The notes beneath the pieces are model-generated. The model saw only the letters and a program-made list of their open reading frames with translations. It made no database searches and was not told the origin of the DNA. A stretch of 64,000 bases of DNA from Paecilomyces variotii. Its lineage: Eukaryota. This document shows positions 14,080 through 26,320 of this stretch, one piece after another; position 1 is the first letter of the stretch; the number at the start of each line of letters is the position of its first letter. The DNA is taken from the NCBI GenBank assembly GCA_004022145.1, contig RCNU01000007.1. One strand, written 5' to 3'. The translations under genes were made by a program, and so were the position numbers.

Positions 14080-17000
14080 TTACCACCGCCGGCCATAGAC
14101 TGAATCTTCAGCCCTTGGAGGCTTCTTTTTCCTGTCCTTTTCCATAGCCGGCGGAGCTGTACGACGTGCTTGACCAGAGAAGCTGGACGACTGCGAGATG
14201 CTACGGGAGTAGTTGCCACTCTCCTCGTCCTCGTCCCTTGGAGCCAGCAGTTTCGTTCTCTGGTTGAGCTCCAAGGCACCCGGATCGGTTTCGAACCTCT
14301 CGGCATCGCGACCGAAGAGGGCCATCATGTCGCGCATTGTAAGCTTACCAGCGGCCGTCTTTCCTTCGATGGTAGCATTCGCGAGTTCGCGCTTACGCTC
14401 CTGGAGATCCAGGATACGCTGCTCGACGGTGTCCTTAATAGTCATCTTGTAGATCTTGACGTCAAGGGTCTGATTGAGGCGGTGGACTCGGTCAATAGCT
14501 TGCTCCTCCACAAACTGTTAAAAGAAGCGTCAGAAATTGTCTCTATAGATCTCTCATGGGTTCACATGTTACTCACCGGATTCCAAAATGGCTCGAGGAG
14601 GACTACTCTGCTTGCAGCAGTGAGGTTCAGCCCTAGGGCACCAGCACGCAGACTGCAAAGCAATACACGTGTCCCTCGGCTGTGCCTCAGTTTCTCAAGG
14701 CTTGCTTCGCGCATGTCATTTCTCATTCCACCATCGTAGCGACTAAAACCGATGCCTGCCCGTTTCAAGAAAGGCTCGACCTTATCCAGCATTGAGGTGA
14801 AAAATGAGAAGACAATGAACTTGTAGTCGTGCGACTCGCGCTTGAGGATCCGCATGAGATATCTGATCTTGGTGGAGGCGAGAACGTCGTCATCTTCATC
14901 ATCGTCGAGCTCCTCTTCGCTTTCTGTTTCAGCTTCGCTGTCAGACTCGTCCTCAGTGTCAGGGAGGCTGATGACACCGGTCCTTTTGCGACTAGGGGAC
15001 TCGATTTCGTCTTCATCCGTCTCTGAGTCTTCGGCATTGATCCACTCGCCCCCACCTTCTGCATCCTCATCATCAGAACCCCCAGCTTTACCAAGATCAG
15101 GCGCTGCCCGCTGATCTTCAGGAACGATCCATTCGCCGTCATCCTCGTCATCGCTATCAGTTATGACACGCCTATTTCTCCGAGAGCGGGCTTTCTGGGC
15201 CTCTGATAGACTATGATATGACTCTGATGTATCTTGCTTCTTCTCCTTTCGATGCTTCTTGTGCTTCTTCTTTTTCTTTTCAGGCTTCGCAATAACGTCA
15301 GACTTTAGTTCTGCCTCACACTCCGCGCATCTGCTGCCACCGGCCTTAGCATCTTCTCTGCTCAGCTCCGTCTGGCAGACATCGCACTTCTTAGTCACGA
15401 CGCTGAGACCACCAAACAAGTCTGCAACGCTGTCGAGGTCATCTTCCTTCGCTGCTTTAGACTGCTTCGAGGAAACATTATTCAATAGCACATCCTTGTC
15501 GTCCGCTAGGTCACTCTTGACAAGATCTGGATGGTTACAAGCTTGACGAAGGCGAAGCAGCAGAACCAAGGCACCAGTATAATCCATCTTCGCGCCCCCC
15601 ATCATTTTTTCCAGGCTGCGGTCGGTACGCTGTTCAAGACGTTTGTAAAACTCCATCTCTGCAGGCGTGAATTCTGCATCGACCTTGATAACCTCTCGTT
15701 TTGTGATTTGGAAGCCATTAGATGTTTTCTTCTCGCCATTCTCGTCAGCTTCTCCAGGTTTGAGATCATCGTTCAGCTTCAAGACATCCTTAGTGCGGCG
15801 CTTCATGAAAGCCCTGAGGTAGACCTGCAACCGCTTGATGGCGAGAGCACCTCTACCGTTGTTCAACGGCTTGGTGATCTGTTCGCGCCAAGCTGCCAGA
15901 TCATTGTATGGCTTGATTCGCAAGAACTTGATCAAGCTCTGAAGCTCGTCCAGGTTATTCTGTAACGGTGTACCAGTCAGGCACCATCTATACTCCGCGT
16001 TCAACGCACAGGCCGCCTGTGTCGACTTTGCGTTTCGGTTCTTGATCGTATGCGCTTCGTCCAGTATGATGCGATACCAGTAAACTGAAAATAGGCCAGA
16101 CTTGGCTCTTTCACCGGAGCTCGCATGTTCTGAGCTAAGGGTACCGTAAGTGGTAATGACCACATCGTATTTCTTCAGATCATCGGCCATTTTGCTCCGA
16201 CCAGCACCGTGATAAACGCCCACGCGAAGCCGATGGGAGTCTTCAACTTTGACTGCAATCTCGGACTCCCACTGTTTGATCAAGGCCAGAGGAGCAACAA
16301 CAAGTGTTCCTTTATCAATGACACGGGAAAGCTTGGCTTTTTCTTTTTGGTCTTCCTCGTCATCGTCATCGTCATCGTCGCTCGCTCTCCTAGTTTCCTC
16401 ATCTTTCTGGGAAGTTTTGCGGTTGGTGAGAATCAGTGCAATCGCCTGTACTGTCTTTCCGAGACCCATATCATCTGCGAGTATACCACCTTTAGGGAGG
16501 ACACCTCGGGTTTTCTTCTGTCCGGTTTCCTTATCACGCATCCATCTAACACCATCAATCTGATGAGGCAAAAGTTTGACCTTGAGACCCTCTATCGTGC
16601 CGTCGTCTTCCTCTTCATCTTCCTCGTCTTCACCCTCCTCCTCTCCTTCTTCTTCTTCTTCATGATCCTCCTGCTCTTTTTGTTCTGGTCTTTTGACTTC
16701 GTCATCAGTACCGCTCTTATCATTTGTCACCTCTTTTCCTTTGTCCTCCTTTAACGTTTCCGTCTCAGCTTTGGTATCGTTGACGTTGACTCCCTCCAAC
16801 TGAGCAGCCAAATCGTCAATGTCGGATTCGAGCTTTCTGTCCGGTTTGGCTTTCTGTTTCTTCTTTTTACCAGATTTCTTCCTGCCTTTCCGTCGCTCTG
16901 GCTTATCTTCCTCGTCCTCAAATGCACCCTCGAGCAAAGCCTTGATGTTCTCGTTGGCCTTGGCGGCATCCACGTAGGAGTACGCATCCATCGCCGAGAC

Positions 17001-17549
17001 TTCTTCCCTGTAGTGGCTGCTGTTGGTTGCGAAACCGACCTCATTTGTCGTGAGATCAATGAAGTTCTTGAGGTTATTCGATGCGCTGGTCATTTTCGTC
17101 TTATTCGGCTTCGAGGAGAAGATCTGCCTGGGTGCTCGCGGAGTAGTCCACGTGTGATTCGTAGGACGAGCAATCTCAAAAACGTCATTATCAGCGAGAG
17201 ATGACTTTCCTTGGTGATTATATTCAGACGGCCTGACCGGCTTGAATGGGTCGAAAGGATGACTGCGCTTTGCAACCGGAGTTGCCAGGGGCCCGGGCGT
17301 CCTTGCCAGTTTTGATGGACTAACATCACGACCATGCTGAGAATGGTGTGGTTGTGAACTGGATTGGGCTGGTCTATGATGCTCAGGCCGTGCTTGACTC
17401 GGCTTAGGTATGTTGAAAAGGTGCATTGACTGGCTGTTCATCGGGCGGAGAGGCGACGGTTTACCAAATTCCGGGTGCGCAGCAGATGACTTTTCGACTG
17501 GTTTCCGAGGGGAGACAGGCCCCTGCGGCGGTTGTCTTTCATTGACCAT
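14080..17549 (-). CDS. SNF2-family helicase/ATPase, Rad5/Rad16/Ris1-like
   Basis: Exons 17549-14577 and 14514-14080. Motifs GGILADDMGLGKT, RIILDEAH, LTGTPLQN, LLRLRQACNHP, GLNLTAAS and QAIDRVHR. Confidence 0.93.
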
Positions 17550-18515
17550 TTTGGATGATATAGGTGTTGTTGTTGTTAGGTGTGGCGATTGTGACGGCTC
17601 GACGCACCAAGATCAGATGTCGTGCTCGAGGTCCCCGAATCTGACTTCACAAGCTCTAAGAGAACGAATGTCTATCTCAGAAGAGTACAGATGAACGACC
17701 CATGAGGAGCTTCCAGTGTAGCGTTCTGGTATTCTTTTGATCTGATCAGCAAGCGAAATTAAAGATATTGGTGACGTCCACTCCTTGGGAACGCGTACAT
17801 GGAGGGGTACAAAGGAACAAAGTGACTCACCTGGCTCAGTGCCAGAACTTATCCTATGGAGCTGTCTGAGATAGTACACCTGTACAATGGAATAGCGGTC
17901 TAGACTAGACGTCGTTAGTCGAAAGGGCGGTCTCTCAGATTTCCCACCAAAATGTTCTTCTGAACTTTCGTTTATCGATAGCGGTTCTTTTGTTTTGTCC
18001 CGCTTTCCGGGGTGGGCGGTGAGATGCCCCAGCAACGGATTGAGCGCCTCAGGCTGCAACCCAGCGGACTATCGCAGCGTCGACATTACCTAGACTACCT
18101 AGGTAGATAATTACATTTTAGATTCTTTGTTCCTTGCACTGGTATTGCATCTTAAATGTTTTAAAATCTCTCAATTAGCATTTGCGTGAGATCGGGGGTC
18201 TCAATTTATCTCATATTGCCTCGTAAGTGATCCTGCTTTGCCAGTTACGCTATCACTCAATACATATTACATAGTCCCGCTACGAAAATCAACAGGAATG
18301 CGTGTCATCATCGGATACATGTGCTATTGTTCGTTATGTGCTTGTAGCTAGATATCCAAAATATTATCTGGGCCAAGTAATATATGTAACCAGCTAACCG
18401 TCCCCATCACTCACGCTTATACCTCCAAGCAGGCATATTTCCGGAGAACAATTAATCGACTGACATCGGCCCGGAAATAGGGAACTAAGTTGATTATAGT
18501 ATAATGGCTATCAGA

Positions 18516-19549
18516 TTATAACTCTCCAATCACACTTTTTAGGATCTCAGGGACGATAGTCCCAGCATCGCCTTGGAAGAACCAGTCTCCTGGCTTCAGT
18601 CCATTAGGACCTCCGGGGACGTCATTGGAGTCCATGTTTATGACAGCAACCCTTGCACCCATTTGACGAGCTTTGTCAACGTATCCTGCAGCAGGCCAGA
18701 CTTTGGCACTTGTGCCGATGACGAGAATCAGATCAATGGGGCCTGATATGATCCACCTGTCAACAGCATTCAAGGTTCGCGATGGTAATGACTCGCCGAA
18801 CCATACTACTCCCGGGCGAAGCAGTCCCGTATTACACTTGGGGCAGTGTGGTAGATCATCAGGTGTCAACTCTGGTATAGGTACTCTGGCGTCCGATATA
18901 TCAGACTCCCCTTGTTCAAACCCGGGCTGTGCTAGCCTAGATTCCATTGCACTATAGAGGGAATTTGTGGCCTCTTCTCCGGTTTTATCATCGGCGGAGG
19001 GCTTTGGCTCCGGGCCTGTTTTGGGAATAGCGAGAGCAGGGACGATTGGGTCAGTAAAGTCGTCTTTTCTTGAGTAATCGCAGTAGAATGAGGTGCATTT
19101 TACATCGAATAAGGAGCCGTGCAGCAGGTGTAGCTGCTCTGGCGGGTGGTTTGCACGTTGGGAAAGACCTGGTTCATGGGATGGTTAGCGACTGCGGATG
19201 CCGCATTTTCAGAGGCGATCATACCGTCTACGTTCTGACTTAGTGTGATAAAATCATTGTTCTTCCTGGCAAGCTCAGCTAGAGCATAATGTGCCCGATT
19301 CGGCTGGGCCGATAATGCCATGTGTCGCCGATAACTGTAAAATTGCCAGACCAGACCAGGATTTGCATTGAAGGCTCCAGGTGTGGCCAGTGATGTAGCG
19401 TCGTGTGATCTCCAGAGACCGCCGGCACCTCGAAATGTCGGTAGGCCAGACGACGCAGAGAGACCAGCTCCCAGCAGAGCGAGTATCCGCTTACAGCCTT
19501 GGAGGTATTCGGTGAAGGATTGGAGATCTGCTGCGGGGATCGAGGCCAT
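18516..19549 (-). CDS. NAD-dependent deacylase, Sir2 family class III (SIRT5/CobB-like)
   Basis: Exons 19549-19225 and 19168-18516. Motifs GAGLSASSGLPTFRG, QNVDGL, LHGS, CxxxxC..CPKC, RPGVVWFGE and GTS; a YxxR acyl-pocket motif in WQFYSYRR. Confidence 0.9.
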
Positions 19550-20512
19550 GGCGGGCAGATGGTCAGAGATCTGTATTTACACTCTGGCGGCCGGTGCGTC
19601 AGGTAGATTCAGCTGCGCATTGACGAGAAATAGATAATATATGACAGACTGGTGCGATATACCAGAGTTTGGTATGGAGAGATAAGAGCATATATTTGCG
19701 CGTTGAGAGGAATAATACTCTCTTAGCTCCGCCCGCTCAGATCTCTGCTGCCGTGCGACGTATGACGTGGGGTCTGGACCACTTTCTTTGTCTGCCCGCT
19801 CACATCTCTGTATCCGAGACGCGGAGTATGGGCCACTTTCTTTGTCCGCATTTCAAACCCGCCCAGTGTATGGTAGTGTCGATCGCTTGAGGGGTTTATA
19901 ACTTTATCATTTGTCCCTAGTTAATAATGCTATGGGACTATCTAGTCGTCCCTGTTGGAATAGCCAACCAGGGACCTACGCCGGTCCCCGGGAGGCGCTC
20001 CGCGCCTGAGTACGTAAGCAGTGCAGAGTTCACATGAGATTATGTTCGAATCTTTACAAAATAATCTATAGCGAAATATAGACCTGGTAGGTTCAACAGG
20101 GCTGGCAGAGCAGGTCTAGCTAATTCAACAGATCTGGCAACCCTGGCAGGGTAGGTACGATAGCCAGGGCCAACAGATTAGCAGGGGTGGTGGAGTAGAT
20201 GGAATAGGTATGCAGATTAGTATTTATTTTGATCTCCGAGCAGTGAATGCGATAGACTACCAAATGTCCACGGTGTAGACAACTGGTCGGAAAATTCTGC
20301 TGGCTGTTGATCCCGTTTAACGCCTCGCCAGCGCTCCGCGACAATACCTTTGCCCGCCGACAATATATATATCTTTGAGTGCCCCTGCCCATTATCCGAG
20401 TACTCATTCCCCGCAGATAATCTAAAGTGAAGACAAAGAAACATAATGACTTCGATTGATAACAGATCATTTTATCACTCCTTTCAAATCGAATATTCGT
20501 TCTAATGCGATG

Positions 20513-20536
20513 TTTTTTTTTTTTTTTTTTTTTTTT
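20513..20536. repeat. Poly(T) tract upstream of the tRNA cluster
   Basis: Run of about 24 T seen directly. Confidence 0.9.
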
Positions 20537-20655
20537 CACTATTAGTACTTGACACCAGCACTACTACTACGGAGTAGTTCGTCGAACTTACCATTTCTGG
20601 ATTTCCGGAGTATGAGCATAAGTAAAAGCATTGGCGCAAAAATATCAAGCAATTC

Positions 20656-20764
20656 GCCTCTGTGGTGTAGTTGGTCTCATCACGCGAGTCTCATATCTAT
20701 ATGACCCTGAAGGTAACTTCAGGGAGTGATCTCGAGGTCACCAGTTCGATCCTGGTCGGAGGCA
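20656..20764 (+). tRNA. Elongator tRNA-Met(CAT) with 33-nt intron (20696-20728)
   Basis: Acceptor GCCTCTG/CGGAGGC with G1-C72, anticodon arm CGAGT-CT-CAT-A[intron]A-TCTCG, T arm ACCAG-TTCGATC-CTGGT, and a downstream T-run. Confidence 0.93.
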
Positions 20765-20859
20765 TTGCTTTTTCATACAATTTTTTCCAATTTTTTTTCC
20801 GTCGTCAATGCCAAGAACCGTCAAAAACCGTACTCCTCGCTTAAAGTCACAAGCAAACC

Positions 20860-20971
20860 GCCTCTGTGGTGTAGTTGGTCTCATCACGCGAGTCTCATAT
20901 CTATGATATGACTCCAGAGGTAACTCTTGGGAGCGATCTCGAGGTCACCAGTTCGATCCTGGTCGGAGGCA
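20860..20971 (+). tRNA. Elongator tRNA-Met(CAT) with 36-nt intron (20900-20935)
   Basis: Mature sequence identical to copy 1; the intron has diverged. Confidence 0.93.
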
Positions 20972-21336
20972 TTGCTGTATCACTTTTTGCAGTGTATTTT
21001 GTGTAACTCTAGCTTGCTATGCAAAACCTTGCTGATTTTTTTTTTGCCTTTCCTCTGCGGTGCCTATGCATAAAGCGTCGTGAGCTATATAATCGAGTAT
21101 ATTGTCCGGATATTCTTAGTAACGTCGGGATTTTCGTCATATATTAACTAGTAACCAGCTTGCTCAGTTAATATAGTTATGCTGCTAACCGAGAAATTAC
21201 TTCTCACTCTCTCAGAAAGTAAAAATTTGCGGTGCGTGATGTGTACTACTGTTAGTACTCAGCGTCAAGTTACCAAGAACGCTCAGCTCGCGCTTGGTTC
21301 ATGTACCACACATCTTTAGCTGAATCTCAAGAAATA

Positions 21337-21445
21337 GCCTCTGTGGTGTAGTTGGTCATCACGCGAGTCTCATATCTATATATGACCTTGAAGGTAACTT
21401 CAAGGAGCGATCTCGAGGTCACCAGTTCGATCCTGGTCGGAGGCA
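21337..21445 (+). tRNA. Elongator tRNA-Met(CAT) with 35-nt intron (21375-21409); D-loop 2 nt shorter
   Basis: Same cloverleaf as copies 1 and 2, with TTGGTCATCAC in place of TTGGTCTCATCAC, and a T-run terminator. Confidence 0.93.
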
Positions 21446-22263
21446 TTTCTTTTTTCGATTTTTTTGGGCATCGCCACCCACTTATGTCCTTCCTTCACCG
21501 AGCTTCCTTCCTCATTGTGAAGATCGGTTTTTTTTTGACCGTTCGGTCCCTCCATCGGTTTACGAAATGATCATTAGCTAATTTGTATACTAAGCGTAGA
21601 ACAAACAGGCGCGCAGAGCATCGAGAGACTGTATCAAAATCTAGATAACTAAAGAAGCTAACCCGCAGCTATACCAATGGTACATCTGAAATGGGGATCC
21701 AGCTATAGAGCAAGTGGCGATTGAAAAACATCAGTTAAGCACGCAGAAGAAACTACAGACTTCCGACAGAATAGGCAAAGAATGATCGAACTAGGAGATT
21801 ACTGTGACGTTGCGAGAAACAATAACATAACATCCCAATCCAGACTAAATAAAGGTAGTATCAGGAAAGCGGACATATGTGGGATTCGCTGTTGACATTC
21901 CAGCCGCCTCTCCCTTGGGGTTCACACTGGGAGCCATGTCGCTCCGTGCTCAGGACCACCAGTGGATGACGGCCCAGTCAGTACATTCTGTAATCTTGTC
22001 GATTCGATACAGGGTTGCTCATCGAGTATCTGCTGTAATCATCCTCTGTGCAAGAATGATCCCAGGTAGGAGTCAAAGTTGTCAGTGAGAAGCCAACATA
22101 TTGCTGGCGCAAGTACTGCTGCAAGGTGGACTATAAAGGCATCATAACGTAGTATTCAGATCGAAAAGTCTCCATCGAAGGACCATAAGAGCCATGGTTG
22201 TAGAAATCCCCACAAAAAGAGTAAAATAATGATTGAAAATGAATAAAGAATCGTATCTGACAA

Positions 22264-23121
22264 TCAATGCTGTTCTTCCTTGGGAAGGGTGACATTGACC
22301 GCATCAACCGCATAGGCTCGATTCTGTTCATTCATGCGTGCCACATAGGAGGTGATATGTTCAGGTACCTCCTTGATGCGATTTTCAGGACTAGGAAGTG
22401 GATATCCATATGTCTCCCAGACGGGGACAACACCGGTCCAAACACGCCCAGTAATCTCATCCTTGTCTTTGTCTTTCCGCTCATCAGATACGCCCCCATC
22501 TCGGATCTTACCACTTCCATCAACTACTTTGACCTTGAGAATAACGGTCGAGGACATCTCGGCCTTGTCGGGTGGGACACGGGTGTTATCCCACCGATCA
22601 AATACGACCGAGTTAGTAATGAGTTTCATAGCCCACAGCTTCTCTTGCTCATTCGTCACGAGCTTTGCATATCCGTGCAGAACGGCGGACCGGTAGTTGT
22701 AGCTATGTGAGTTGGGCGTCAGGGATAGAATCAGGCCGTCGACCTTGGTTGCTGCTATACAGACTGGAAGACCTTCTCCTTCTGAGGATCGTGCCAGGTT
22801 CATGATCCGCGAACTGACGTATCCATGCAAGTAGCAGTCTAGAGGCTCATCAATACCCGCTGACGGGTAGTCGAAGGAACCCATCTGCCCTATCATGGGG
22901 AGAATGGCGGGGAAGGGATCGGAGGGACCTGGACTGAAGGAGACATGAAGAACTGGCGTCGAGTTGACAATGCCATGGATAGCTCCCAGGTCATATGTTG
23001 CTACGATATTAAGCACTCATGGTCTCCTTAATATGATCTTGGAGCTGACATACTTACCGCGGTGTTTGTACCTGTTGACCGTGCTGGACGGACGTTTTGG
23101 ATACGTGAGTGTCTTTCCCAT
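22264..23121 (-). CDS. Flavin-nucleotide-binding protein (pyridoxamine-5'-phosphate oxidase-like split barrel)
   Basis: Exon 1 MGKTLTYPKRPSSTVNRYKHR, GTAAGT intron, then ATYDLGAIHGIV..LHVSF..YLHG..HSYNYRSAVLHG..VWTGVVP. Confidence 0.85.
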
Positions 23122-23569
23122 GATTTATTATACTATGAATCACGACAAATAGAGTGTCAAGGGACGAATATAGGATTCTGAGACTGAAAAGCAGCCTTGA
23201 TATAGGAGATATCTTGCTTGGCACATGAATAAAGTATACGTCCGTGCAGTCTCTCCGCCTTTACTTATACCTCCGGGTTCCTATCAGCTATAATGATGAC
23301 TCGAGGTCAGCCAGAGCTCTCCTGAACCCTGTCCGCCGCATCCTGTTCCCTCAATGCGCCATCTATTGGGGCGATAACGATTGTAAGTCGCGGGGGATCG
23401 CGAGTCTTTTCCCTTCCCGGCAGGTACAACCGTGATTACCGCCTGCCTGATTGGTGGATTGTGCCGAGCCCGAGTCCTCGGCCTGAGCTCTCCGGAGATA
23501 AACTGGCAAAGCAGCAAAACGGCGTTGTTCATTGCTTTGTTGTAGCAGCCCGCCTTTGAACTCGCGACT

Positions 23570-25647
23570 ATGTCGGCGAGTAGATCATTGTTGCGCCAAT
23601 GGCCTCGTCTCCTTTGTCGCCCGTCTGGTAGCATCTCCAGACCGTGCTATGTGCAAGCACGTCTGCAGCTTGCTCATCTGAGGACGACACCTCCGAGAGG
23701 CTATGCCACGGTCTCCGCGGCGGAGTGCAAGCTCGGACAGCCAGTCCACGAGACACATCCCCATATCCTCCAAGCTGGTGAACGTGAGTGAATTGGATTT
23801 CTTGCAGCTTATAGCTGTCAAAAGTAGCGACTAATATTGGAGTAGTGACTCCAGGGATAACCGCTCTCGAATACGCCCAGCGTCGGTCCAAGCTTGCCAA
23901 TAAGCTCCCCAAGCATGCCATTGCTGTGGTGGCAGCTGCGGAAGTCAAATACCGTGCAGCAGGGATATTTTATGAATACCACCAAGACCCGGACTTCTTC
24001 TATCTGACAGGTGCGCGAGCCCTGCATGGCTGGAAAACAAGTTGAGCTGAAGCTTATGGTTGGGTCTTTTTAGGGTTTAATGAACCAGGCGCCCTGGCCA
24101 TTATTGGTAAGGCATAGTATATGCACATCATGCAAGATGGAGGTTCTGACTATGGATGTAGCCAATGATGGATCCGGCAACAACCATATCTTCCACCTTT
24201 ACGTGCGGGAAAAGGACCCTCGAGTTGAGCTGTGGGACGGAGCACGGTCTGGTACACAGGCAGCCATGGATGTGTTTAATGCAGATGAGGTATGCGGTGC
24301 GGTGTCTTATTTGTATGTTGGTCTATGCTGATGATTACGGTAACTACTAGACTGGCGATATCGAGAAGATTAAAGATATCCTCCCTTCGATTCTCTCTGG
24401 GGCTACAGAAGTCTACACGGATATCAAGGCTTTCGATCCCTCACGATCGGTACTATCTCATTACCTCTATGGCTCTGCTGGAGAGTCAGATTCAATCAAG
24501 AAGCTTGTCGATCCTCGCAAAGTCAAGCCGCTGCGACCAATCCTCAACGAAATGAGATTATTCAAAAGTGAGAGTGAGGTGGTAAATATGCGGCTGGCTG
24601 GCCAGGCATCTGGCAGAGCTTTCACGGATTCTATGAAGGGCGACTTCACCAGAGAGAAGGAGCTTAGTGCATTTCTGCAGTATCAGTTCAAGGCTAACGG
24701 CTGCGATGGAAATGCTTTTGTCCCTGTTGTTGCGGGTGGTCGTGTAAGCTTCAACAGCCTGCCCTTACCAAAATTGACCCTAATATTTTCCAGAACGCTT
24801 TGAGCATACACTACACAAGAAACGATGATGTCCTGAGGTAATTACTGCCAAGATAGTCGATGAGTGCAAGCTAAGTGTTATGATAGAGACGGAGAACTGG
24901 TTTTGGTGGATGGTGGTGGTGTGAGTATTCCCCTCATGAGCAACGTACGACATATTGACGGTTAGCAGGAATACGGCCACTACATCACCGATATCACGAG
25001 GACCTGGCCTGTTAACGGAAAATTTACTGACCCTCAACGAGACCTGTACACTGCTGTGTTGAACGTGCACCGCAGCTGTGTGGCACTTTGCCATGAAGAT
25101 GCTGGGCTGTCTCTTGATAAGCTACACGAAATCGCAGAAAACGGTCTCCGTGACCAATTGAAGCAGCTAGGCTTTGACGTCTCTGGGAACGTATGTCAAA
25201 TGCCGACTCCCTCATCTAAGACACCTGGATCTTAACATGTGATTAGGCCATGCGGACGCTGTTCCCCCATCATCTGGGTCATTTCATTGGCCTCGACGTC
25301 CACGATTGCGCTGGCTATCCAAGGCGCTATAACCTCAAAGCTGGCCAATGCATAACGATCGAACCGTAGGCCAATCTTCTTCTCTACACCAGATTTGATG
25401 CGGTTACTAACGTCCTCCAGCGGTATCTACGTTCCCGACGACGACAGGTGGCCTGAGAAATTCCGAGGCATTGGGATCCGTATAGAGGACAGTGTGTGCG
25501 TCGGAGATGACAGCCCGATCGTTTTGTCACCAGAGGCCGTGAAAGAGGTACAGTTTGTCGACTCAATGGGGTCTCCATCCCTGTGTCGGTTGTTGCTGAG
25601 CACTAACAAGTAAATAGGTGGAAGATATCGAGGCCTTGCGGGGTTAA
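23570..25647 (+). CDS. icp55: Mitochondrial Xaa-Pro aminopeptidase / intermediate cleaving peptidase 55 (M24B), many introns
   Basis: Arg-rich presequence, [47 protein letters not shown] and GIRIEDSV. Confidence 0.9.
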
Positions 25648-26320
25648 GCTGTAGACTAACGGAAAGATACCCAAAACATATTCCTGTACCATAGAATTAC
25701 TGCAATGAAAAGCATGACAACTAGGATATCGGCTGTTTTTTTGGGATTGTTTACCATGGGCAGTAGTTGTTTTGAATCTGTAGTACACGTAACAACAGGC
25801 CACTGCGGACGGCAAGAAGGCTGTAAAACGAGCACAATGTCCTTTAACGAGCAAGTGAACAAACCAACTACTTGAAAGACGCGTTCTGCCATGCTGAAGA
25901 ATGCTCTGTAGTTGCGCGCTGGATGTTCAAGGTCCATGCCGAGGCGACAGGCGCGCTACGGTTGGTTGTCCGGCAGCCCCCAAAACAATTCGCGGGCGTC
26001 TCCACCAAACAAGAAGCTTCCCTCACACGTTCACTGCTCTTCTCTCTACTTCCTCCCATTTAGCAGCAGCTCGCCCAAGAGGCTGATACGGACTCACCAC
26101 CCATTGCTGCACTGCAGGGACTCGATAGCTGGCTATATTGATCGCTATTACACCCCCATTGCCTGTTGTTGTCCGCTATGGGTGTCTTCTGAAGTCCCCT
26201 GAGCCTGTACAGACGTGGGCACGTCGCGTGCTCTTCCATTAAGTGGTCCAGTACCCCCCCCTTCGCTGGTCACTGTCGCTCTCTGTTGTGTCTCCCTGCT
26301 TGTGTGTATATCGTTACCAT

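Noticed and set aside
20656-21445. Initiator tRNA or CRISPR-like repeats
   Set aside because: G1-C72 and a TTCGA T-loop indicate elongator Met. The repeats are whole tRNA genes.
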